The notes below the pieces were generated by a model, which made no database searches, was not told the origin of the DNA, and saw only the letters and a program-made list of their open reading frames with translations. The position numbers were made by a program, and so were the translations under genes. A stretch of 62,851 bases of DNA, the filler included, from Vannella sp. (Eukaryota): NCBI GenBank assembly GCA_023345925.1. It is 5 parts of 5 records of this genome, joined end to end, with 100 filler letters (N's around TTAATTAATTAA, not from the genome) between each part and the next. Parts side by side here need not be neighbours in the genome. Positions count along the whole stretch, not along the records: positions 1 to 10,740 come from JAJQQN010000389.1; positions 10,841 to 19,127 come from JAJQQN010000502.1; positions 19,228 to 29,383 come from JAJQQN010000825.1; 2 more parts are not named here. One strand, given 5' to 3'. Of this stretch, positions 9,068-19,628 are shown piece after piece. Within the stretch, counting starts at the first letter, position 1; each line of letters opens with the position of its first letter.

Positions 9068-10399
9068 TTAGTAAGTGGCATATGCAGGCTTCTCCGTTGT
9101 GGTGTCGGAGCGGCCGGGAACCACTTCTGGAACGGCAGAACGTCGTTCATCCACCCATTTCCGTGCATCCTTGGCCATCTTCCAGCTTGCAAAACCAAAC
9201 ACTGCAGTGAGGGCAAGTGAAATGACAGAAGGCTTGATGAGGAACCAAGAGAAACCGAGAGTAGAGAGAGCGAAAGCAGTTCCAAGTACGAGAGTTTCAA
9301 GAATCTTATCGAAGCTGCGAGTGTTCAAACAGACGACAATAATGCCCCATAAGATAAGGAGGGCCCGTGCAACCCAAACGCTCCACACCAAATCGTCATG
9401 AAGTGTCTGCGAAAGTATTTCCTCCGTATCCTTCAATCCTTCATGCATGAGAGCGACCTGGTACCCCCTCGTAGACACCCACGATGTAATGGACCCCTTT
9501 CCATCCTTTTGGTAACCAATCACTGACGCCCCATGGACAGGTTCAACAGCGCTGAAGTGAACGCGGATGTCCCCAGCAGTGCATTGGGGTAGAAAGTCCA
9601 CCAACTGGATATCCAAGAGAGACCCTTCCAGAAACTGGCCGGCCATCTTCAGGAAGAGAGCGGCATCAGAAGACTCGTAAGTTGAGTAGAAGTAACCGTC
9701 TCCCAAGTAGTTAAAGTTGTGTTCCAGGGCTGGAGCGCTACTTTTGAAGTTTGAGAGCTGCTCTTCGGTCCACAGCTTGGTCTTGAAGGTCTTGAGAGAA
9801 GAGATAACGCTGTCATCAACGATGAACTGGCCCACGGCTGCGGTCTCGCTCTTCCAAGCTTGGTTGGGAAAGGGAGAGCGTTGAGGGTTGTTGTAACGGA
9901 AGGGTTGGTCATAGAATAAGGAGGGAATGGGATAGGGCATCCATTGCTTGGTGTAGGAGTAGCTTCGGTCGACAGTCTCTGTGTTTCCTCTCTTCTCGGT
10001 TCGTTCGTGGACATGTTGGATCCACTGACAGTACTCCGTGGTTCTCTTCATTTGAATCGCTTGGGGTGACTCTACAAGGAACTCCTGGTCTGCCAACACG
10101 CCAGAAGGGACAACATTGGGAGACTGGACATGCACCAGAGCTCCAGCATGACTCAAAGAAGGCGTTGATCCCACAGGGAGAGAAACCACCTCACGGCGAA
10201 CCTCATCAAAAGCAACTCCCATCTCAAAGTGCTCGCGTTCAGCTCGGTACGAGAAGATGGGGATCCCCAAGAAGAACACCGCCAGGAGAAGTCCCACCAC
10301 CAAGCTCAGAATCACCCGACAAACCGAGTCCCAGCCTCCTTGCGACGAGCCCACCTGTCTCGTGTAAGTGTACGTTCGCCCGCTCCTCGCAATCCACAT
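9068..10399 (-). CDS. TMEM43: TMEM43/LUMA (DUF1625) family membrane protein
   Basis: N-terminal TM, GALVHV, MKRTTEYCQW, YTKQW, NNP, AGDIRVHF and C-terminal TM helices; probable ATG 10399. Confidence 0.8.
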   Translation of the reverse strand: MWIARSGRTYTYTRQVGSSQGGWDSVCRVILSLVVGLLLAVFFLGIPIFSYRAEREHFEMGVAFDEVRREVVSLPVGSTPSLSHAGALVHVQSPNVVPSGVLADQEFLVESPQAIQMKRTTEYCQWIQHVHERTEKRGNTETVDRSYSYTKQWMPYPIPSLFYDQPFRYNNPQRSPFPNQAWKSETAAVGQFIVDDSVISSLKTFKTKLWTEEQLSNFKSSAPALEHNFNYLGDGYFYSTYESSDAALFLKMAGQFLEGSLLDIQLVDFLPQCTAGDIRVHFSAVEPVHGASVIGYQKDGKGSITSWVSTRGYQVALMHEGLKDTEEILSQTLHDDLVWSVWVARALLILWGIIVVCLNTRSFDKILETLVLGTAFALSTLGFSWFLIKPSVISLALTAVFGFASWKMAKDARKWVDERRSAVPEVVPGRSDTTTEKPAYATY

Positions 10400-10492
10400 G
10401 AGAGCGAAGGAGATAATAAAATGACAAGAAAGTTGTGCCAATTGCGTTGCCAAAAAGCTCGTTTCCGATTTTTTTCTGAACACGTGGCAATG

Positions 10493-10508
10493 TAGGGTTT
10501 AGGGTTTA
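10493..10508. promoter_or_regulatory. Two telo-box-like repeats (TAGGGTT-TAGGGTTTA) in divergent promoter
   Basis: Between the TMEM43 start and the gene starting at 10521. Confidence 0.3.
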
Positions 10509-10520
10509 TTTTGTTTAGGG

Positions 10521-10740
10521 ATGCGGGTGTCGATGTGGGGCTGGTTGGCGCTGTTGGTGGTGGCGGTGGTGGGGAGCCAGGAAGTCCGCTTTCTCTCTGG
10601 AGAGGAGCCGCTGGTGAGACATTTGGTTGGCGGTGGTGTGGCTGTGCAGATCCCTGGGTGTGGTACGTTGGTGAGAAGGGCTCGTGTTGTGGACCTGCCT
10701 CTTGGGTTGCCTACTGGGATCTCCTCGGTGGAGTTGTTCC
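10521..10740 (+). CDS. Secreted/membrane protein, 5' fragment truncated by contig end
   Basis: MRVSMWGWLALLVVAVVGS signal-peptide-like start. Confidence 0.5.
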
Positions 10741-10840
10741 NNNNNNNNNNNNNNNNNNNNNNNNNNNNNNNNNNNNNNNNNNNNTTAATTAATTAANNNN
10801 NNNNNNNNNNNNNNNNNNNNNNNNNNNNNNNNNNNNNNNN
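10741..10840. other. Artificial contig linker
   Basis: 100 nt: N-run + TTAATTAATTAA (stops in six frames) + N-run. Confidence 0.97.
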
Positions 10841-10966
10841 CTTGGAAGCTCCAGCATCCTCTCCTGCTTCCTTCGTATTTGACTGTCGAAACGATCCTGC
10901 TCTAGTCTGCACGCAAGGCAATCCCGCCAACCGCTGAAGGGTTTGCTGGCTCCCCGCTCGCAGCAT
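10841..10966 (-). CDS. 5' fragment of a probable mitochondrial protein
   Basis: MLRAGSQQTLQRLAGLPCVQTRAGSFRQ, Arg-rich presequence-like, open to contig end. Confidence 0.3.
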
Positions 10967-11061
10967 CCCAGGCTCCCAGCAAATGAGGGCTCAGGGTTTA
11001 GGGGTTCGAGCTGAAATGCCAATTCTATGGTTCAGTAAAGTATTGATCATGTAGTGACTAT

Positions 11062-12197
11062 TTAAGGAGCAGCGGACGGGTCCGCTAAAGTGAGGATTTC
11101 CACGCCTTTGGAGGTGATGAGAACTGTGTGTTCAAACACTGCTGTTAGACTTTGGTCCAGTGTGGCAATCGTCCACTCGTCGGGCCAGATGCCGATGAGA
11201 TCCTCCGTCCGATCGGTGCGAATCTTGACGATGGGCTCTGCCATCTCACGTTAGACCGAAAGGAGTTCCGTTGGGACGGCAGGGAACTCACCAATCGTGA
11301 AGGTCATGTTCTCGTGCATCATGTGAGTAGGAACTGTGCAATCTCGGGTGTGCCCAATGTGGGGCAACTCGTGGAAGTAAGGTCCGATTCCGTGGCCTAC
11401 CAACTCGGGGATGACTTGGAGGCCTTCAGGATCAAGTAAATCTTCTATCGCCTTCCCTATCGATCCAGTGTAAGCTCTGGGACGGCATTGAGCGATGCCC
11501 ACAAGAAGTGCCTTGTGACTGAATTCCAGCAAGTGACTTGCTCGTGCATAATGCTCTTTGTCTTCGATCTCCTCTTCCGTGCCGATCAGGATGGTTCGAG
11601 AGGTGTCACCATGAACGCCATCCTTGAAGACGGTAATGTCCAAGTTGATGATATCTCCCTGTTCCCCCCAACAGCCGAAGGGTTCCTCTTTAGTTTCCCG
11701 AAGATGCGACTCCGAATCGACTTACGATCCGCAGTCGCCTACTGTCAGGGATCCCGTGCGCAGCACACTCGTTGATGCTGGTGCAGATGCTCTTGGGGAA
11801 GCCTCGGTAATGCAGCGGGGACGGGTACGCGCCGGCTTTGATGATTTCGTTGTGTGTGGCGCGGTCGATCTCGTCCGTGGTTACTCCAGCCTACATAGGA
11901 AGGCGATGGAAGTGAGTTGACAGGTTCAGGGGCTCCTCCTGAACCAACCAGAGCTGCTTCGCAAGCGAAGTTGAGGATCCGCCCCGCTAACTGCCCTGTG
12001 GAGCGCATTGCCTCCACTTCCACAGCACTCTTGATAGAGATGGGTGCATTGTCCCGAAACGGAGGCCGTTTGATCCCTGCAGGAACCTCCAGAGGCCCCG
12101 AGACAGTCCCTGGCAACACTTTGGACACGAAAGTGGCCATTCCTCGTTTGCTCATGACCTGCATGCCGCCCAAAGCCCCCAAAGAATGCTTCCGCAT
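11062..12197 (-). CDS. METAP1D: Methionine aminopeptidase type I, mitochondrial-type (3 introns)
   Basis: [52 protein letters not shown]; presequence-like N-terminus. Confidence 0.9.
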
Positions 12198-12251
12198 CAA
12201 TTTGAGCTTGATTGTGGACTGGAGAGGACAGAATGGACCATTTCTTTGAGG

Positions 12252-13657
12252 ATGGCCGCCGTTGCTGGTCCTGAAGAGCTCCGTCGTTCGGCCGAGGTTA
12301 TCGACTCTGCTGCCGATGAGGTGTCAAAAGCGCAACCATTCTACAAGATTGTGTTAACAGGGGGTCCTTGTGCCGGCAAAACATCCGCGTTGGCGATCAT
12401 CTCGGGTAACGGTCATCTTCTGGCGTCCCCTCTCGTTCCCTTTCTCATCTCCGCCTCTCAGATCACTTCAGAAACTTGGGATGGCCTGTTTATACGTGTC
12501 CAGAGGTGAGTTTCATGCCTTTACGTTGAGGCAAGGCCTGACCCTCGCCAAGGCAACCACACTTCTCGTGTCTGGTGGCGTCTCCTGGGCTGCTCTGAAT
12601 CCCACACAATGGTTCAAGTAAGGAGAGACCTCTCTTCATGGAGGAGAGACTCATTCAGGTGGCCAGCTTCCAAAAGAATGTCATCAAAGCAATGCTTCTC
12701 TTGGAGGAGACCTACGTGGAGGTTGCCACGCAACGTAATGAAGGGGGAAAGCCAGCTCTTATCCTTTGTGATCGAGGAGTGATGGATGCATCGGCCTACG
12801 TGGACAAGGAGACGTTCGAACGCCTTCTCACTGCGGTGGGAATCGACTCCGTCATGCAAGCGAAGCACGATCGGTATGACCTCATCATCCACTTGGTAAG
12901 TGCTGCGCGAGGAGCAGAAGATCACTACTCCTTGGAGAACAACTTGGCTCGGACGGAGAGTGCTGACGAGGCAAGGCGCGTGGATGAGCGCCTCTTACAA
13001 GCTTGGACGGGCCATCCCCACATCGTTTGTATCAACAACCGCACTCAATTTAAGGAGAAGGTTGTTCGAGCCCTCCAGGCGATCTGCCGCCGGGTGGGAG
13101 CGCCTGAAGTGGGAGACTCCACTGTGAAACGCAAGTTTCTCGTTCGTCAGATCCGCGAGGAGGCCATGAAGGAGATACCTTACCAGGATGCCCTTTGTGA
13201 GTACACTTATTTGCAAGATGGAGAGGATCGCCAGCAGCGTCTGCGCAAACGCCAGACCGAAAAGACGTTCGTCTACACCCACGTGGTTCGCACCAAAGGT
13301 CTCTCAGGGGGGTATGAGCGCTATGCAGAGTCTAGCCGGAACATCCCCCAGAGAGAATACGAAGCCCTGGAGGCCATGTCCCTTCCAGAACACCTTTCTG
13401 TGCAAATCATCAAACGCTCTTTCGTGCACAACTCTCAGTACTTCTCCCTCGCCATCTTCCAGAATGTTCACCCAGGCCTCATGCTGCTGGAGTTCTACGA
13501 GGAGGCGCATGTTGATGTGGAACTGCCCCAACATTATCTGGATATTGCCGAGGAAGTCACTTCCGACCCTCGCTTTAGCATGTTCAACCTTTCTTCAAAG
13601 CTCTCCGAATCACCAGTGGCTCACCAGCAATCTTTGAATTCCAAAACGTCAGAGTGA
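12252..13657 (+). CDS. AAA_28 P-loop + CYTH-like protein (TTD14 family), 3 introns
   Basis: KIVLTGGPCAGKT, CDRGVMDASAY, RYDLIIHLVSAA, NNLARTE, AWTGHPH; C-terminal KRKFLV...RLRKR. Confidence 0.85.
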
Positions 13658-13745
13658 GAACGAGAAAGGGCCAAAGTAAAGTGTCTTCGCCTGAAAGTGA
13701 AAATGTACGAACTCGGCAATTCTGTTCTATTCTCTTCTATTCTGT

Positions 13746-15239
13746 TCATCCGATTTGAATGGGGCCTTCTCCAACTTGAGAGGCATAGAAAAATGCTTCT
13801 TCTCCAAGAACAGGGTTCCGGGTGGGCATTACAATATAAGTGCCTTTGGGATATTTGCTGACAATGGGTCCTTCGATATCCTCTGCAATAACCTCTCCAA
13901 ATGGAACAAAGTCAAAAGCTTTGACTTGACGGCAAAAGCGGAACTTCTTTCGGACAGGCTCGTTTTCAACTGAGGAGAGAACAATCGGTGCCTCCTCCCA
14001 TACACTCGCTGCCTCTTCGCCTTTTGTTGTTATCTCGATGAGTTTTTGAATACATTTCTTGGCTGTATCAATGCTGGAGCGGTCCGTGTGTTGGCCACAT
14101 TCAACACACAATGCCACTTTACCTCCTAACCGTTGTGCATAATCCACGGTCGTGGCCCGCCCTTTCGTAGTGTGAGCCAAATGCTGGATAACAAATGCAA
14201 CGGGCATTTTTCTCGCCAAAGAGGTGCTCTTCTCCCCGTCCATGGGAAGAGCATGCGCAGGAGACCGGGCACTACAAGAATGCAAGTCGAGTAGAATATC
14301 ACATCGGGCAATGGCTTGGCCCAATACACGAGCCCTCTCTGCTTCGTAACTTTCTCCTTCAAAGAGATCCTCTCGCATCATCCGATTGAGATTATGTTCC
14401 AGAAATCTTTGGTTCACAGAAATAGCGCCGGGATTCCCTACTAACCCCACCACAGAGACGTGGGAAGGTAGCAAATCGAAAAAGTCATTCTGTAAGAGCT
14501 CATTAAAGGCTTGCATGCCGCAGGGCTCATCCCCGTGGACTCCAACGGAGATTAGCAGCCGGAGGGTGGCCTCTTCAGGGTTGCCTAAAAGCAGGAAAGG
14601 TGTCTCTGGACTAAGAAAGTGCCTAAAGGATAGCGTATTAACCGTGATATATCTCTGATCGCTTCGTCGCCTTTGGGTAGGCAAAGAGTCGTCATTGAAT
14701 GTGCTATTGCAGAAAGAAGGATACCCTCCTCGATCTGGCACTCTACCAAGAATCTTGCTTGAAGGAAGACTTCCAGCGATCTCATTTGCATTGTCCACTG
14801 CGCCTTGGTCGTCCGTGTTGATCAAATAGAGTTGGTCCCTCTCGGTGAGACTCTCAGAGCGCGTTTGTGGAGAAGGTGATGAGAGATCAGATGAAATATT
14901 GACACTCTGTGTTGATGAAGAGGATGTGAGAGTGTGGTCTACCTCCTCCTGCTCGGTTGAGTCCGTGAATATCCGAGGATTGTATGCAAAAGAGGCTTGA
15001 AAGGGACGTGTAAAAGCTGCAAGAAGTCCCCCACTTTCAGGAACTGACGCAGAAGAGAGGCTTATGGTCCTTTCAGTCTGAATGGGAAAGCGTTGAGATC
15101 GAGGCAAGGTGGTGCACTCGCGTAGCATCGAATCACTCTCTTCCTCCTCGGTCGCACACTCATCTATATCATAGTCGCCTCCTTCTTCGGGATCAGAGTA
15201 CTCAAAAAAGAGGTCTTCATCCAGTGAATGCGGTCCCAT
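13746..15239 (-). CDS. Succinylglutamate desuccinylase/aspartoacylase (M14-like) family protein with long acidic/Ser-rich N-extension
   Basis: GVHGDEPCG, NP, RFLEHNLNR, LLDLHS, VECGQH; intronless. Confidence 0.85.
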   Translation of the reverse strand: MGPHSLDEDLFFEYSDPEEGGDYDIDECATEEEESDSMLRECTTLPRSQRFPIQTERTISLSSASVPESGGLLAAFTRPFQASFAYNPRIFTDSTEQEEVDHTLTSSSSTQSVNISSDLSSPSPQTRSESLTERDQLYLINTDDQGAVDNANEIAGSLPSSKILGRVPDRGGYPSFCNSTFNDDSLPTQRRRSDQRYITVNTLSFRHFLSPETPFLLLGNPEEATLRLLISVGVHGDEPCGMQAFNELLQNDFFDLLPSHVSVVGLVGNPGAISVNQRFLEHNLNRMMREDLFEGESYEAERARVLGQAIARCDILLDLHSCSARSPAHALPMDGEKSTSLARKMPVAFVIQHLAHTTKGRATTVDYAQRLGGKVALCVECGQHTDRSSIDTAKKCIQKLIEITTKGEEAASVWEEAPIVLSSVENEPVRKKFRFCRQVKAFDFVPFGEVIAEDIEGPIVSKYPKGTYIVMPTRNPVLGEEAFFYASQVGEGPIQIG

Positions 15240-15366
15240 GCACAAGCAAGCAGCAAAGCAGGTTTCGGCTCTCCGCAGGAAGAAGCGGGGAAATGGTCAA
15301 GATTTCAAGCTTCTATTGAATTCGTCTACCTTCACTGAGTTTGCTTCATTTATTCGTATCGGGTTA

Positions 15367-16076
15367 ATGTCCACTTGGGCGGACAGCCGCTCCAAGCGCG
15401 ATGAAAGGTTCGACCACCTTCCTCCCCTTCACACGATACCTCCAGAAGAATTGAAGACATACACAAGACAGCAGTTACGCTGGTACTTGGAGCAACGGGG
15501 TAGGCACGCCTCTTGAGAGGAAAGAGAGAATCTAACGGAACTTGCTTGATCCTGGGGAAAGGTATCGAACCTGAGGACACCAAACCTAAGATGAAAGCTC
15601 AGCTGAGAGCAGTGCTCAAGCAGATACGCATTGATGATCCTAATCAGCCAGAAAGTGTCCGGAAACCCAGACTCGCTCCAACCCAGACAAACATGTTGTC
15701 ATCGAATATGATAACCCTGGCCACACCAAAGCAGCTCCCAACTGATCCTGGCCCTCTCTGCCTCACTATCAGCATCAACACACCCTTGCTCTTCAAGCAG
15801 AAGGCTACCAAAGTCCTGCCTTGCTCCCTTCCAATACGAAAGGCTCCACATAAGAATGCTCGACCATTCCTTAACGTACGAGTTCAAGAGACTCCAACGA
15901 ATGAATCTTTTCGAAAGTCTGAGGAGTTGACAACCATTCTGGACATGCTTCTTGGAGAACGGACATTGCAACCTGTTGTGAGCGATTACCCCTTTGTGTT
16001 ATCAAGCAAGAGAGACACCCTGAATCAAAGGAAGGAGTTTCTTCAACAACTCTTTCGCGCCTCCAACAAAGGATGA
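15367..16076 (+). CDS. Hypothetical protein with SAP/HeH-like N-terminal motif (intron 15500-15561)
   Basis: Spliced LKTYTRQQLRWYLEQRGIEPEDTKPKMKAQL resembles helix-extension-helix motifs. Confidence 0.5.
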
Positions 16077-16241
16077 ACTGCGGTGGAAAAGCCAACGTTT
16101 TCCACTGATTAATACAGTCTATTTCACCTTATGTTCAATATTTAATTTGTCAATAAAGGGTGTGGTGAGCTGACCAACACAAATTTTGGTTGAAACTTTC
16201 GTGGGTCTGGTGGCTTCCTCCTTTTTTTCTTCAGGCAGCAG

Positions 16242-17101
16242 ATGGTGCGTCCGTTTACCCCTCTCACAAACACAGGGACCATGGGAAACACTTGCCTGAG
16301 CCTGATATACTAATCTCAAAATAGACTCGCGGACCCAAGAAGCATCTCAAGAGACTGAATGCCCCTAACCACTGGATGCTGGACAAACTCTCCGGAGTCT
16401 GGGCGCCCAAGCCTTCCCCTGGTCCCCACAAGAACCGCGAGTGCATCCCTATGGTCATTCTCTTGAGAAACCGTCTCAAGTACGCCCTGACTAGACGCGA
16501 GGTGTTCCTCATCGCCGCTCAGCGCCTCATCACCGTGGATAGCAAGATCCGCACTGACACTCGCTACCCCATCGGATTCATGGATGTGGTGAGCATCCCA
16601 AAGACTGGAGAGAACTTCCGTTTCCTCTATGATGCTAAGGGTCGCTTCAACATCCACCGCATCAACGCAGATGAGGCCAAGTTCAAGCTCTGCAAGGTTG
16701 TTGCTGTCGGAATGGGAAAGAACCAAATCCCTTACCTCGTCTCCCACGATGGTCGCACCATCCGCTACCCCGATCCCCTGATCAAGGTCCAGGACACCAT
16801 CAAGTTCTCCTTGGAGAGCAACTCCATCGTTGGACACGTTTCCTTTGATATCGGAAACCTCGCAATGATCACTGGTGGAAACAACTTGGGGCGAATTGGC
16901 GTTGTTGAAAGACGCGAGAAGCATCCTGGAGGCCACGATATCGTTCACTTGAAGGACACTGTTGGCCACCAATTTGCCACTCGTCTTACCAACGTCTTCA
17001 TCATTGGATCTGGAAGCTCCTCCCTTGTGACCATCCCCAAGAGCCAAGGTGTCAAGTTGAACATCATCGAAGATCGCAAGAGAAAGATGAAGTCCCAATA
17101 A
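16242..17101 (+). CDS. RPS4: 40S ribosomal protein S4 (eS4)
   Basis: ATG + 80-nt intron 16245-16324, then [22 protein letters not shown]...GPHK...RNRLKYAL. Confidence 0.98.
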
Positions 17102-17204
17102 TTTTCTTTCTAAAGCGTCATTTGACTGTTTTTATTTGTTTCTTGGTGTGTTGTAGAAAATTCCAGGCAGACTGCGGCAGATCACTTTCTCCGCGCCTAG
17201 GTTC

Positions 17205-17384
17205 ATGATCAACATCTCCTCCTTCATCGCCCTCTTCTTCATTGCTCTGCTGTCTTTCGCCACAACTGCTGAGGCTTCTTACTGGGGTTCTGGGGATACC
17301 ACATGTTTGCTTCTTGGTCTGTTCTTCGGGTTCATCATCGTCTTCCTTATCCTTGGCTTTGTCTCTCGCAGACTCAAGGCATAA
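17205..17384 (+). CDS. 59-aa membrane microprotein, SMIM30-like; absent from ORF track
   Basis: MINISSFIALFFIALLSFATTAEASYWGSGDTTCLLLGLFFGFIIVFLILGFVSRRLKA: signal peptide, GDxxxLLLG TM, basic tail. Confidence 0.7.
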   Translation: MINISSFIALFFIALLSFATTAEASYWGSGDTTCLLLGLFFGFIIVFLILGFVSRRLKA

Positions 17385-17530
17385 GAAACCTCATTGTTTC
17401 TCGTATGTAACCAAGTTGGAGGTTGTTTCATAGATACATCTAACAAAGTGGGTAGGGTGACTCAGGGAACGCGTGCTTGTTGCTGATAAACAACCCTCAT
17501 CTCCATGAACTTGAAGTGAACTATTTATGC

Positions 17531-18552
17531 TCACATGAGATGCTTTTTGGTGAATTCATAACCAAAGAAGCACGCAGCATTCGCAGGGAAGGAACGGAGG
17601 AGAGCTGGGGCAAAGCCAACATAGAAACGGGAGATACCACCTCGCGCATAGACCTTCTTAACACAGTCTATGTACCCCCTTGTCTTGGATGAGAAAACGA
17701 GCTTCAAAAAGAGGGGTAGTCTCACTTGTAAGTCCGCTCTGAAACGGTGTTGGCATCAGTCTGGAGGATGGTCTTGACGGCGTCAAGAGGGTAGCAGAAG
17801 AACCAGTAACAAATGCCAGAGAAGCCCCCTGCTGCAAGTAAGGCACCATTGGAGGGGAGTTGTCCCTCAGGTGTCAACTAAAAGAAGATAGATGAGCTTG
17901 AAAACCCTTCCTAAACTGCTCAATGGCAAGTTTGCACTCACGGTCCGTTTCATCCATTCGTATCCAACAAAGTAGCAAGCATTTGCGGGTAAGTTCCTCA
18001 ACAGAGTGGCAGGGAAACCTTGATAGACTCCTCGTATGCCATTTTGGCGGGCAACTTGAGCAACACAGTCAAAGGTACCCTTATACTGCAGTTTTCCATT
18101 GATATCAGGTCTTTGGCTTTGAACTTTGGCCTTAAAGAGGTCCATGGGAGATTCGATCAGCGTGGCGCATACTCCAGCAAAGGCGGCAGCGAATGCCACT
18201 CGATGATATGGAAGAAGTTGTGACTCGGGTAGAGACCCTCTTGCAATTCGGTTTCCTACTCCGTAGGACGCGAAGAGAATTGCATTGAAGGCGGTGAACC
18301 CAAACAGAGGAGAAGCTACCCCTTTGTAGAAGCCCTTGGGGCCATCCTTTGTCAAAATGTGTTTGAAAACATCCCCCAATCCTTTGAGTTCATGGTTGGT
18401 TTGCATGTTCACCTTCATCGTGTCCAAAGGATGTCCAACAATCAACTGAAGGACACCACCCACTCCTCCAGCAACAAAGTCCTTTACGCCATCTGATTAT
18501 AACGGTCATATGGTAACATCAGAGGACCCAAGAGGTAGTGCGCACCGGTCAT
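17531..18552 (-). CDS. Mitochondrial carrier (SLC25; carnitine/ornithine carrier-like), 3 introns
   Basis: DFVAGGVGG..VGHPLDTMKV, SPMDLFK, RSFPANAACFFGYE. Confidence 0.92.
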
Positions 18553-18678
18553 GGCCTCAAGGCAATGAGAGAAAGGTTGGTAAAAAAATACCTCAAGTGA
18601 TAGTTTATCATTAGATTACAATCCAAACGTGTTTTTTGTTTTTCAGTTGTTCTTCTTTTTCTCTTCCTCTGGTCATTC

Positions 18679-19127
18679 ATGGCGCAGTGGAACCCCGCTA
18701 TCGCGATCAAGACTGCCACAGGTATGATAGACCCTATGAGAGAGCAAGTGATTCATTTCACTTGCTTTCTCGTTCCTTCTATTGCAAGTTTAAGTTTTGA
18801 CTCTTCACCACAGAGCTGATGGCCTTGGATCGCAAGGAGGCAGCTATCAAGACTCTCAGCGAGTGCATGGCTGGGCGAAAGAATAAGAGTCAATGGCAAC
18901 CTGACCTTGAGGTGGTGATTACCATCTATCTTGAAGCTACTGTCAAGTCCCAAGACTACAAGTCTCTCAAAGAAGGACTTCACCAGTACCGCACTATCTG
19001 TTACCCTTCCAACACTGCTTCCCTGGAGAAGGTCATCCAAGAGTTCCTCACGAAGACGGACCGGCTTCTAAAGGATGCGGAGAGTAAGGCTGATGTTGCT
19101 GTGTCCAACCAGTTGAAGGGCTCAGAG
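18679..19127 (+). CDS. EIF3A: Translation initiation factor eIF3 subunit A, 5' part
   Basis: Intron 18722-18813; KEGLHQYRTIC...SLEKVI matches the eIF3a N-terminus; truncated by linker. Confidence 0.85.
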
Positions 19128-19227
19128 NNNNNNNNNNNNNNNNNNNNNNNNNNNNNNNNNNNNNNNNNNNNTTAATTAATTAANNNNNNNNNNNNNNNNN
19201 NNNNNNNNNNNNNNNNNNNNNNNNNNN
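19128..19227. other. Artificial contig linker
   Basis: Same 100-nt N/TTAATTAATTAA/N structure. Confidence 0.97.
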
Positions 19228-19628
19228 GAAATCCGTTGAATTCCTCCGCAGCCATGACAAAAGGTATCATGCAGCAACATGTTCTAAGCCATTCACTCCG
19301 CCAAAAAAGGAAAAACCCCCAAAACAGGATTTGTGCCAGGGGGCGATGGACAACTGTCAGGACAGGCTACAGAATTCTCCCTCGCAGAACTCGTGTTTGC
19401 ATCGGGCTTCGTGAAATTGGGGGACTCTGTGGGGGTGAATAACGAATCTTAGACGGAAATTTATCACGATAACGCCCATCGGTGCTTCGCAGATCTGCAT
19501 TCCAGTAATTTCCCGATTCGGTCATCGGAAAATGCCGCCAAGGCCAAACTGGGATCGGGAAACGCCGCCTTGGCTTCCACAGACAATGCAGCAATTCCCC
19601 ACTTGGAAGGGAACCATTCTCATTTGCC

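Noticed and set aside
16316..17098. 260-aa minus-strand ORF
   Set aside because: Antisense shadow of codon-biased RPS4
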